Positions 28,555 through 36,641 of a stretch of 58,999 nt of DNA are shown here, in pieces. Both the position numbers and the translations under genes were made by a program. Positions within the stretch are counted from its first letter, which is position 1, and every line of letters begins with the position of its first letter. Source of the DNA: Candidatus Omnitrophota bacterium. Lineage in GTDB: Bacteria; Omnitrophota; Gorgyraeia; JABMRJ01. The stretch covers positions 1 to 58,999 of the forward strand of contig JADHWH010000003.1 of NCBI GenBank assembly GCA_016783555.1, in the 5' to 3' direction. The notes under the pieces are model-generated. The model was not told the origin of the DNA, searched no databases, and saw only the letters and a list, made by a program, of their open reading frames with translations.

Positions 28555-29040
28555 GTGAAACGTGTAATCGGCGTGTTGGTTGAGAATAAATTCGGCGTCC
28601 TTGCGCATGTCTCTGGGCTCTTTAGCGCGCGCGGATTTAATATTGCATCGCTCGCAGTGGGCGAGACGGAAGATCCCACCGTGTCGCGCATAACCATCGT
28701 CGTTGAAGGCGATGAAAGGACACTGGAGCAGATAAAGAAGCAGCTAAACAAATTGATAGACGTAATAAAGATTTTTGACCTTACAAATAAAGACTTTATC
28801 GACCGCGAGCTTATCCTTATAAAGGTGAAGATTACCGCAAAGAATAGGCGCGATGTCATAAAGATAATAGAGACTGTCGGAGGGGTCGTTTCCAATGTGA
28901 ATTCGGAGACGCTTACCGTGGAAGCGGCCGGCGACCAGAATAAGATAAATACCCTCATAGAACTTTTAAGGCCCTTCGGCATAAAGGAGATAGTGAGGAC
29001 CGGAAGGATCGCTGTAGCAGTGGAAGGCAAGAAGAAATAA
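28555..29040 (+). CDS. ilvN: Acetolactate synthase small (regulatory) subunit
   Basis: ACT-domain N-terminus (VLVENKFGVLAHVSGLFSARGFNIASLAVGETED), GTG start with an AGGAGG-like SD, and position after ilvB. Confidence 0.92.
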   Translation: MKRVIGVLVENKFGVLAHVSGLFSARGFNIASLAVGETEDPTVSRITIVVEGDERTLEQIKKQLNKLIDVIKIFDLTNKDFIDRELILIKVKITAKNRRDVIKIIETVGGVVSNVNSETLTVEAAGDQNKINTLIELLRPFGIKEIVRTGRIAVAVEGKKK

Positions 29041-29055
29041 GACGGAGGAACCAAG

Positions 29056-30048
29056 ATGGCTAAGATATATTATGACAAAGACGCAGATTTAAATATTCTG
29101 AAGGAGAAGAATGTTGCGATTATCGGATACGGCATACAAGGGCGCGGCCAGAGCCTCAATTTAAGAGATAGCGGGCTCAATGTCATTGTATCAGAACTTG
29201 AAGGCACCGCAAATTACCAGACCGCCCAAAAAGACGGATTTAAGCCTGTCCCGGCTGATAAGGCCGCAAAAGAGGCCGACGTAATACAGATACTTACTCA
29301 GGATCACGTGCAGGCAAAGGTCTATAAAGGTTCTATCGCGCCGAATCTTAAGCCGGGTAAGGCGATTCTCTTTTCACACGGATTCAATATACATTTTGGC
29401 CAGATAGTTCCCCCTAAGGATATCGATGTAATAATGGTAGCGCCCAAAGGTCCGGGCGCCCTTGTGAGAAAGATGTATGAGGAGAAAAAAGGCGTGCCCT
29501 GCCTCATCGCCATATTTCAGGAGTATACGGGAAAGGCATTGCAGATAGGCCTTGCTTATGCGAAGGCTATAGGGGGTACTATGGCCGGAGTTATAGAGAC
29601 TACATTTAAGGAAGAGACCGAGACGGATCTATTCGGCGAGCAGACGGTATTATGCGGAGGCGTTACAGAACTAATCAAGGCCGGTTTCGACACATTGGTT
29701 GAGGCGGGTTACCAGCCGGAGATCGCATATTTCGAATGCCTGCATGAGTTGAAGCTTATCACGGACTTAATCTATCAAGTGGGTATTCAAGGGATGAGAA
29801 AGAGAGTCTCCGATACGGCGGAATACGGCGATTTGACCCGAGGCAGGCGCATCATAAGCGACCAGACGCGAAAGGAGATGAAGAAGATTTTGGATGAAAT
29901 ACAGACAGGGAAGTTTGCCAAGGAATGGATCGAAGAGAATAATTCCGGAAGGCCTGTATTTAATTCACTCTCAAAGAAAGACGACGCGCTCTTGGTAGAG
30001 AGAATCGGAAGAGAATTGCGTGCCATGATGCCCTGGATAGGAAAATAG
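29056..30048 (+). CDS. ilvC: Ketol-acid reductoisomerase (class I)
   Basis: [28 protein letters not shown], 330 aa. Confidence 0.95.
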   Translation: MAKIYYDKDADLNILKEKNVAIIGYGIQGRGQSLNLRDSGLNVIVSELEGTANYQTAQKDGFKPVPADKAAKEADVIQILTQDHVQAKVYKGSIAPNLKPGKAILFSHGFNIHFGQIVPPKDIDVIMVAPKGPGALVRKMYEEKKGVPCLIAIFQEYTGKALQIGLAYAKAIGGTMAGVIETTFKEETETDLFGEQTVLCGGVTELIKAGFDTLVEAGYQPEIAYFECLHELKLITDLIYQVGIQGMRKRVSDTAEYGDLTRGRRIISDQTRKEMKKILDEIQTGKFAKEWIEENNSGRPVFNSLSKKDDALLVERIGRELRAMMPWIGK

Positions 30049-30049
30049 T

Positions 30050-31558
30050 ATGGATAGAATAACGATATTTGATACCACATTGAGAGACGGAGAGCAATCT
30101 CCCGGCGCAAGCTTGAACTCAAAAGAGAAACTTGAGATAGCCTGGCAGCTCAAACGCCTGGGCGTAAATGTCATAGAAGCAGGATTTCCCATAGCCTCCC
30201 CCGGTGATTTTGCGTCGGTAAAAGAGGTGGCTTCAAAGATCAAGGGGCCGGTTATATGCGGGCTTGCGCGCTCGAAGAAGGCGGATATAGACGCGGCCTT
30301 CAAGGCGGTGAAATATTCGTCAAGGCCCAGGATCCATCTCTTCCTGGCTACATCCAGGATACATATGAAGTATAAGCTTAAGAAGGCCGAGGATGAGATA
30401 TTGAGACTCGCGGTATGGGCCGTAAGGTACGCGCGGTCTAAAGTTAAGGATGTCGAGTTTTCTCCGGAAGATGCCTCAAGGACCGACAGGCGCTTTCTCT
30501 ATCGTGTGCTGGAAGCCGTGATAGATGCAGAGGCGACTACCGTGAACATCCCGGATACGGTGGGATATGCCGTGCCTTTTGAATTCGGCGATCTCATAGC
30601 ATCGATAAAAGCGAACGTCCCCAACATAGAAAAGGCGGTGATAAGCGTCCACTGCCACAATGATCTTGGATTAGGGGTGAGTAATTCCCTTGAGGCGGTA
30701 AAGAACGGCGCCGGGCAGATCGAGTGCACTATAAACGGACTCGGCGAGCGGGCCGGCAATGCGTCATTGGAAGAGATAGTAATGGCATTGGACACGAGAA
30801 AGGACCTCTTTGGGAAGAAGACCTCGATAAATAAGAAAGAGCTTTATAAGACGAGCCGCCTCGTCAGCAAGCTTACGGGTATACCGGTACAGCCGAATAA
30901 AGCTATAGTGGGTAAGAATGCGTTCAGCCACGAAGCCGGCATACACCAGGATGGCATATTAAAGAAGCGCAAGACCTATGAGATAATGAGGTCGGAGGAT
31001 GTCGGTTTCGGAAAGACTAAACTGGTTCTCGGCAAACATTCAGGCAGGCACGCTTTCAGCGAAAGACTTAAAGAGCTTGGCTTCCATCTTTACGGAAAGG
31101 AATTGGACAGGGCCTTTAAGATATTTAAAGAACTCGCGGATAAGAAGAAAGAGATTTACGACGAGGATCTAGAGACGATAGTCGAGGATGAATTAAGCGC
31201 CATACCGCAGATCTACAAACTCCAGAACCTGCGTTTTACAAGCGGGACAGATATCACGCCGAACGCAGAGGTGGCTATTAAGGTAGGGCGAAAGACCATC
31301 AAGAAGTCCTCAACCGGGGACGGTCCTGTTGATGCCTGCTACAAGGCGATTGATATAATAACGGGCATAAAAGGACGGCTCTTGGATTATTCTATTAAGG
31401 CCGTGACAAGCGGCAAAGACGCCTTGGGAGAGGTAACCATAAGGTTGAAGGCAGCGGCCAAAGAGGTGAGCGGCAGGGGTTCCAGCACGGATATTGTTGA
31501 GGCCAGCGCCAAGGCTTATCTAGACGCTGTAAATAAGGTAGCGCATAGGAAGAGATAG
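30050..31558 (+). CDS. leuA: 2-isopropylmalate synthase (a citramalate synthase specificity cannot be excluded)
   Basis: IFDTTLRDGEQSPG, HCHNDLGL, and a C-terminal LeuA-dimer regulatory domain. Confidence 0.88.
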   Translation: MDRITIFDTTLRDGEQSPGASLNSKEKLEIAWQLKRLGVNVIEAGFPIASPGDFASVKEVASKIKGPVICGLARSKKADIDAAFKAVKYSSRPRIHLFLATSRIHMKYKLKKAEDEILRLAVWAVRYARSKVKDVEFSPEDASRTDRRFLYRVLEAVIDAEATTVNIPDTVGYAVPFEFGDLIASIKANVPNIEKAVISVHCHNDLGLGVSNSLEAVKNGAGQIECTINGLGERAGNASLEEIVMALDTRKDLFGKKTSINKKELYKTSRLVSKLTGIPVQPNKAIVGKNAFSHEAGIHQDGILKKRKTYEIMRSEDVGFGKTKLVLGKHSGRHAFSERLKELGFHLYGKELDRAFKIFKELADKKKEIYDEDLETIVEDELSAIPQIYKLQNLRFTSGTDITPNAEVAIKVGRKTIKKSSTGDGPVDACYKAIDIITGIKGRLLDYSIKAVTSGKDALGEVTIRLKAAAKEVSGRGSSTDIVEASAKAYLDAVNKVAHRKR

Positions 31559-31562
31559 AATG

Positions 31563-31701
31563 TTAAATCCGAAGTCCGAAATCCGAAATCCGAAAAAAAT
31601 TCGAAATCCGAATTTTCAAAATTCTGAAGTGTTTTTTTGACCATTTAAATTTTGGTCATTCGATATTGTTTCGAATTTCGATATTCGTATTTCGGATTTA
31701 A
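31563..31701. repeat. Heptad-periodic palindromic element, copy B (leuA to aroE)
   Basis: It has perfect 11-bp termini, TTAAATCCGAA at the left end and TTCGGATTTAA at the right. The arms show 7-nt periodicity (AAATCCG AAGTCCG AAATCCG AAATCCG ...). Confidence 0.9.
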
Positions 31702-31715
31702 CACATCTTATTGAC

Positions 31716-32537
31716 ATGAAACAAACATACGGTTTAATAGGTTATCCTGTAAAACACAGCTTATCTGCGAGGATGCATAACGCGGCATTTAAGCACCTAG
31801 AGATAGATGCCGAGTATGAGCTCTTTGAGATAAAACCCGGAGAGCTTAATGATTTTTTCTCATCATTTAAAGAGAGGCTTTCAGGCATAAATATAACCAT
31901 TCCGCATAAGGAGGCATCCATTAAATATGTGGATGCGGTAGATAAAATTTCTGATGCGATAGGAGCTATCAATACCGTAGTTTTAGAGAATGACAGACTT
32001 CACGGTTACAATACGGATGTAATAGGTTTTTTAAAATCTCTTAAGGAAGATTTAAAGTTTAAACCTGCTGGTAAAAGAGCGGTTGTATTTGGGGCTGGCG
32101 GAGCAGCGAGGGCAGTTACCTTTGCCCTTCTTTTCGAAGAAATTGAGCAGATTGTATTAGTGGATATAGATACCAAGAAAGCGGCATTACTGGCGGATGA
32201 GTTACAAAAAGATGGGTGCAATGCAATTGCTGTTGAGAAGGACCCGATGGCGATAAAAGAACTATTGCTTAATTCAGATCTGGTGGTTAATGCAACGCCC
32301 TGCGGGATGAAGAAGGGCGACCCAGAACTCTTAGATCCGAACTTTTTACATGATAAATTAGCCGTTTTTGATTTGATCTATAACCCTCTAGAGACAAGAT
32401 TGATTAAGGAAGCAAAAGAGAAGGGCTGTAATGCCGTAAACGGCCTCGGTATGCTTTTATATCAAGGCGCAGCCGCATTTCGATTATGGACAAAAAAGCC
32501 CGCGCCGATCGGAATTATGAAGGAGGCCTTGGAGTGA
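31716..32537 (+). CDS. aroE: Shikimate dehydrogenase
   Basis: YGLIGYPVKHSLSARMHN, NITIPHK, NTD and GAGGAARA motifs. Confidence 0.93.
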   Translation: MKQTYGLIGYPVKHSLSARMHNAAFKHLEIDAEYELFEIKPGELNDFFSSFKERLSGINITIPHKEASIKYVDAVDKISDAIGAINTVVLENDRLHGYNTDVIGFLKSLKEDLKFKPAGKRAVVFGAGGAARAVTFALLFEEIEQIVLVDIDTKKAALLADELQKDGCNAIAVEKDPMAIKELLLNSDLVVNATPCGMKKGDPELLDPNFLHDKLAVFDLIYNPLETRLIKEAKEKGCNAVNGLGMLLYQGAAAFRLWTKKPAPIGIMKEALE

Positions 32538-33304
32538 TAGGGGCAATCGTATTTATTTTCGGCTTAGTGGTAGGGAGTTTTCTTAACGTATGCGTATACC
32601 GCCTGCCCAAGAATGAGTCTATAATTACACCGAGATCACATTGTGTATCATGCGGGAAGACCATCCCGTGGTACGACAACCTGCCGCTTGTAAGTTTTCT
32701 CCTTTTACGCGGGAGATGCCGTTTCTGTAAAAAGCGCATATCAATTCTGTATTTTGTCATTGAACTTTTGACGGCCCTTATCTTTTTGGCGTTATTTACG
32801 CATTTCGGGCTGTCGATTGAAACCGTGATCTTTGCCGCGCTTGCAAGCGCGCTTGTAGTCGTAAGCTTCATAGATTTGAAGATTCAGGAAATCCCTGATG
32901 AGATTACGCTGCCCGGTATCGGTGTCGGAATCATATTATGTTTTGTTTTTCCCGGTGTAATATCGCAGGATACGCATCTATCCGGTCTTTTGCATTCGGC
33001 ATTAGGGGCGCTTGTAGGAGGCGCGGTTATATATTTAATGGGAGTGCTTGGAGAATTGCTTTTCAAGAAAGAGGCCATGGGCGGAGGGGATGTAAAGCTT
33101 ATGGCGATGATGGGCGCGTTCTTAGGCTGGAAGCTTATTTTGTTGACGTTCTTTCTTGCGCCGTTTTTTGGTTCGGTTGTTGGAATCATCCTTAAGATAA
33201 AGAATAAGCAAGATGTAATCCCCTATGGGCCGCACCTTTCTATTGCGGGCATAGCTTGCCTCTTTTGGGGGGAGAAGATCCTTAACACTATATTGTTTTA
33301 TTGA
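32534..33304 (+). CDS. Prepilin (type IV) leader peptidase, A24 family
   Basis: N-terminal Cys-pair domain (CVSCGK..CRFCKK) and a polytopic peptidase A24 body with GGGDVKL. I prefer the GTG at 32534 (GTGA overlap with the aroE stop, AAGGAGG 8 nt upstream). Confidence 0.85.
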   Translation: MIGAIVFIFGLVVGSFLNVCVYRLPKNESIITPRSHCVSCGKTIPWYDNLPLVSFLLLRGRCRFCKKRISILYFVIELLTALIFLALFTHFGLSIETVIFAALASALVVVSFIDLKIQEIPDEITLPGIGVGIILCFVFPGVISQDTHLSGLLHSALGALVGGAVIYLMGVLGELLFKKEAMGGGDVKLMAMMGAFLGWKLILLTFFLAPFFGSVVGIILKIKNKQDVIPYGPHLSIAGIACLFWGEKILNTILFY

Positions 33305-33477
33305 ATGAGGCCCGGACTTACGGAGCGTAAGCGAACGTAAGTCCGTTGGCCGAATTCAACCCTTGACATTTTGTCTATGAATTTGATAGGGCAAAATGTC
33401 AAGGGTTCAATTCGCACGTTCATAGAAGAGTTTCAAGGGAGATGTATTTACGAAAAATCAAAGATTTTTCGTAAATC
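33305..33477 (+). repeat. ~170-bp three-hairpin composite element, copy 1 (upstream of aroC)
   Basis: The first hairpin is GGACTTACG..CGTAAGTCC. The second is a 64-nt block, GGCCGAATTCAACCCTTGACATTTTGTCTATGAATTTGATAGGGCAAAATGTCAAGGGTTCAAT. The third has a perfect 14-bp stem, ATTTACGAAAAATC-AAA-GATTTTTCGTAAAT. Confidence 0.85.
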
Positions 33478-33501
33478 CAGTACTCATTGAAGGAGGAAAC
33501 C

Positions 33502-34626
33502 ATGTTAAAATATTTGACCGCAGGCGAATCCCACGGTGAGGCCATTATAGCGATACTGGAGGGCATGGTCTCTGGATTAAAGGTAAGTTCAAGCGTCATA
33601 AACAGAGAGCTTAAGAGGCGTATGCAGGGTTATGGGAGAGGCGAGAGGATGGGGCTTGAGAAAGACGCTGTAAATATCATATCCGGCTTAAAGAACGGCG
33701 CTACGCTGGGAAGCCCGATAGCGATGGTCGTCAACAACAAAGATTTTTCCATAAGCAGCCTTAATGCCTTAAGCAGTCCAAGGCCGGGCCATGCGGACTT
33801 GGCAGGCGCGCTTAAGTACGGCCATAAAGATTTGAGAAATATCCTGGAGAGGGCGAGCGCCAGAGAGACCGTGGCGCGCGTCTCTGTAGGAACTGTATGT
33901 AAAATATTGCTTATGGAGTTCGGCATAGATATCTTAAGCCACGTCGTTATGATAGGCGGCGTAGAGGCCCATACAAAAGATCTCACTTTCGATGAATTGC
34001 GCACGTTAGCCGAGAAGTCCCCCGCAAGGTGCGCCGATGAGGCCGCCACAAAGCTTATGTGCGAGGAGATAGATAACGCGAAGGATGCCGGTGATACATT
34101 GGGCGGCGCTTTCGAGATTTTAGTAAAGAACGTACCGCCGGGGCTGGGCAGCCATGTGCAGTGGGACCGCAAGCTCGACGGAAATTTAGCCAGATCGCTC
34201 ATGTCTATCCAGGCCATTAAAGGCGTTTCTGTCGGCCTCGGCGCCATAGCGGCGCGGAGGAGAGGCAGCCAGTGCCATGATGAGATAATCTATATAAGGG
34301 AGAGGGGTTTTTCGAGAAAGACCAACAATGCCGGCGGTATAGAAGGCGGCATCTCTAACGGAGAAGAGATAGTGTTGCGGGCATATATGAAGCCCATAGC
34401 CACTCTCAAGCGCCCCTTAAGGAGCGTGGATATAAAGACAAAGAAGCAGGCAAAGGCGGAGGTAGAGAGAGCGGATATTACCGCCGTGCCTGCGGCAGGC
34501 GTAATAGGCGAGGCCGTAACGGCCTTTGAGATCGCCAACGCCATGTGCGTGAAGTTCGGCGGTGATTCACTTAGTGAGATGAAGAGGAATTTTGAAGGAT
34601 ATTTGGAACAGGTAAAGGAGTTTTAA
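33502..34626 (+). CDS. aroC: Chorismate synthase
   Basis: LTAGESHGEAI, RPGHADL and ERASARET motifs. The ATG at 33502 is preceded by AGGAGG. Confidence 0.94.
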   Translation: MLKYLTAGESHGEAIIAILEGMVSGLKVSSSVINRELKRRMQGYGRGERMGLEKDAVNIISGLKNGATLGSPIAMVVNNKDFSISSLNALSSPRPGHADLAGALKYGHKDLRNILERASARETVARVSVGTVCKILLMEFGIDILSHVVMIGGVEAHTKDLTFDELRTLAEKSPARCADEAATKLMCEEIDNAKDAGDTLGGAFEILVKNVPPGLGSHVQWDRKLDGNLARSLMSIQAIKGVSVGLGAIAARRRGSQCHDEIIYIRERGFSRKTNNAGGIEGGISNGEEIVLRAYMKPIATLKRPLRSVDIKTKKQAKAEVERADITAVPAAGVIGEAVTAFEIANAMCVKFGGDSLSEMKRNFEGYLEQVKEF

Positions 34627-34639
34627 AGTATAACAATTG

Positions 34640-34774
34640 TTAAATCCGAAGCACGAAATCCGAAATTCGAAACAAATTCAAATTTTTAAATGTCTAAAAC
34701 GCTCAGTTTTGGTCATTTGGATTTTGGCAATTTGAAAATTGTTTCGGATTTCGATATTCGAATTTCGAATTTAA
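34640..34774. repeat. Heptad-periodic palindromic element, copy C (aroC to aroK)
   Basis: The left arm is identical to that of copy A (TTAAATCCGAAGCACGAAATCCGAAATTCGAAACAAATT) and the right arm is TTGTTTCGGATTTCGATATTCGAATTTCGAATTTAA. Confidence 0.9.
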
Positions 34775-34788
34775 AGATTAGATATCTT

Positions 34789-35295
34789 ATGAAAAACATA
34801 GTGCTGGTTGGATTTATGGGGACGGGCAAAACCGTGATTGCAAAGAGCCTTGCCCGCAGATTGAAGATGAGGTATGTAAGCACAGACGATATTATTGAAC
34901 AGAGAGAGAAGAGGCCCATTAGTGATATATTCGCAAAAGACGGAGAGTCTTACTTTAGAAGAGTAGAGAAAAGAATAGTTAAGGAAGTCTCTCTTATGAA
35001 TAATATAGTAGTGGCGGCGGGCGGCGGCGTGGTTATCGATGAAGAAAACTTAAAGGACCTAAAAAAGAGAGGCGTTGTTATATGCTTGAACGCAAGCGCA
35101 GAAGATATACTGGAGAGGACAAAGACTTACGCGCACAGGCCGCTTTTAAATGTTCCCGACCCGCTGGGCAAGATCAGGGAATTACTGAGAGCGAGAGAGG
35201 CTTATTACAAGAGGGCGGATTACCAGATTAACACATCCGGCAGGACCAGAGATGTCGTGATCGACGAAATAGTCAGATTGTTAGAGAGGTTATGA
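34789..35295 (+). CDS. aroK: Shikimate kinase
   Basis: MKNIVLVGFMGTGKT P-loop, ~168 aa. The upstream 33 codons in the ORF track are a translation of palindromic element copy C. Confidence 0.9.
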   Translation: MKNIVLVGFMGTGKTVIAKSLARRLKMRYVSTDDIIEQREKRPISDIFAKDGESYFRRVEKRIVKEVSLMNNIVVAAGGGVVIDEENLKDLKKRGVVICLNASAEDILERTKTYAHRPLLNVPDPLGKIRELLRAREAYYKRADYQINTSGRTRDVVIDEIVRLLERL

Positions 35296-35345
35296 ATCCC
35301 GTTAGACCATTCTAACGGGATTCCATAAAGAGGTCTAACGGGATG
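35293..35345 (+). repeat. Stop-to-start palindromic element, copy 2 (aroK>dprA), T/A variant
   Basis: TGA-ATCCCGTTAGACC-AT-TCTAACGGGAT-TCCATAAA-GAGGTCTAACGGG-ATG. Confidence 0.88.
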
Positions 35346-36455
35346 AAATATAATATCGATGATTTGATACTGCTTAATATGGCGGGCATAGGCTCTGTAA
35401 GGCTGAATAAGCTCATCAGTTTTTTTGGAAGCATAGAGAATACCCTCAAGGCAAGCCAGGCAGATTTAGAGAGGCTTAATGATATCGGTCCTAAGCTGGC
35501 CCGGAAGATATCCAGGATAAGATATAAGGAGGGCCTAAAAAAAGAAGAGGGGCTTATAGGAAAAAACAGAGCCGCGGTCTTGGCTCTCTTTGATGACGCA
35601 TATCCTGAGAACTTAAAAAATATATACGACCCGCCTTTGCTTCTTTATGTGAAGGGCGATATATTGCCGGAGGATAAGATAGCCGTCTCAATTGTCGGCT
35701 CAAGGAAGGCGAGTCTATACGGCATAAATATATGTCAGGAGATTTCACAACAGCTTGCGGGTTTCGGTGTCGCGGTAATAAGCGGCCTTGCAAGGGGAAT
35801 AGACAGCGCCGCTCATAGAGGCGCGCTAAAGTCAGGCGGACGGACTTTGGCCGTATTGGGAAACGGCCTTGATTCTTTATATCCGCGCGAAAATAGAAGG
35901 CTGGCTGAAGAGATCGCCCGCTCCGGCGCTCTCATATCAGAGTTCCCTATGGAGATGCCGCCCATGCGGCAGAATTTTCCTATACGCAATAGGATTATAA
36001 GCGGCCTAAGCCTGGGCGTAGTCGTAGTTGAGGCGGCAAGAAAGAGCGGTGCGCTTATAACCGCCGCCTGCGCGCTCGATCAGGGAAGAGAGGTCTTCGC
36101 TGTGCCGGGCAAGGCCGGCACAGCAACAGCTATGGGTACGCACGGACTGATAAAAGAAGGGGCAAGACTTGCCGAAAGCGCGGATGACATAATAGACGAA
36201 CTGAATCTAGCGCCGATTGGTTTAGACAACACAAGGAGAACTACAAGCGGTAGAGGTATGGGGGATAATATAAACAGAAGAAGCCTGACTAATCCCCAAA
36301 AAAAGATTTATAATATCTTGTCCGATGAGCCTATACATGTCGATGATCTTATAGACAAAAGCACTTTTCCGGCTGTAGAGGTGACAAGGTTACTTTTGGA
36401 ATTAGAGATTAAGAAATTAGTTAGAGAATTACCGGGGAAGAATTTCGTCAAATGA
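35343..36455 (+). CDS. dprA: DNA-processing protein DprA
   Basis: Rossmann-like DprA core (VSGLARGIDSAAHRGAL ... FPIRNRIISGLS) and a C-terminal winged-helix domain. Confidence 0.92.
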   Translation: MKYNIDDLILLNMAGIGSVRLNKLISFFGSIENTLKASQADLERLNDIGPKLARKISRIRYKEGLKKEEGLIGKNRAAVLALFDDAYPENLKNIYDPPLLLYVKGDILPEDKIAVSIVGSRKASLYGINICQEISQQLAGFGVAVISGLARGIDSAAHRGALKSGGRTLAVLGNGLDSLYPRENRRLAEEIARSGALISEFPMEMPPMRQNFPIRNRIISGLSLGVVVVEAARKSGALITAACALDQGREVFAVPGKAGTATAMGTHGLIKEGARLAESADDIIDELNLAPIGLDNTRRTTSGRGMGDNINRRSLTNPQKKIYNILSDEPIHVDDLIDKSTFPAVEVTRLLLELEIKKLVRELPGKNFVK

Positions 36456-36626
36456 GGCCATGATTTACGAAAATCGAAGATTTTCATAAATCATATGGCC
36501 GAATTTGACCCTTGACATTTTGCCTATGAATTTGATAGGGCAAAATGTCAAGGGTTTAATGCAACCCTTCAAAGAAGAGAAAAGGAGGAGATAGACTTAC
36601 GAAAAATCTCCGATTTTTCGTAAGTC
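36456..36626 (+). repeat. ~170-bp three-hairpin composite element, copy 2 (dprA to topA)
   Basis: The first hairpin is GGCCATGATTTACGAAAATC..GATTTTCATAAATCATATGGCC. The 64-nt block is near-identical to copy 1, with about 4 differences. The last hairpin has a perfect 15-bp stem, GACTTACGAAAAATC-TCC-GATTTTTCGTAAGTC. Confidence 0.85.
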
Positions 36627-36641
36627 TAGGTCTTATTAAAT

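Noticed and set aside
28500-29054. Long minus-strand ORFs, for example 28500-29054 (184 aa), 4315-5049 (244 aa), 9983-10663 (226 aa), 33630-34247 (205 aa), 51660-52316 (218 aa) and 49791-50402 (203 aa).
   Set aside because: Each lies entirely antisense to a + strand gene with unambiguous family motifs (ilvN, ispD, tmk/holB, aroC, CNNM, GT9). Their translations are low-complexity and Ser/Pro/Leu-rich, with no recognisable motifs. Purine-rich coding strands typically leave an open antisense frame, so these are shadow ORFs.
33352-33413. Divergent promoters in the 64-nt hairpin block, because each arm contains TTGACA.
   Set aside because: No acceptable -10 hexamer lies 16-18 nt downstream on either strand (the best matches are ATAGGG and CATAGA). 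The TTGACA is more simply explained as part of the palindrome.
33446-33476. The perfect TTACGAAAAATC hairpins (33446-33476, 36594-36626) and the clamp hairpins as intrinsic terminators.
   Set aside because: None is followed by a U-tract. They lie 15-25 nt, or immediately, upstream of the next co-directional start codon. I therefore did not annotate them as terminators, although a role in RNA processing or stability remains possible.
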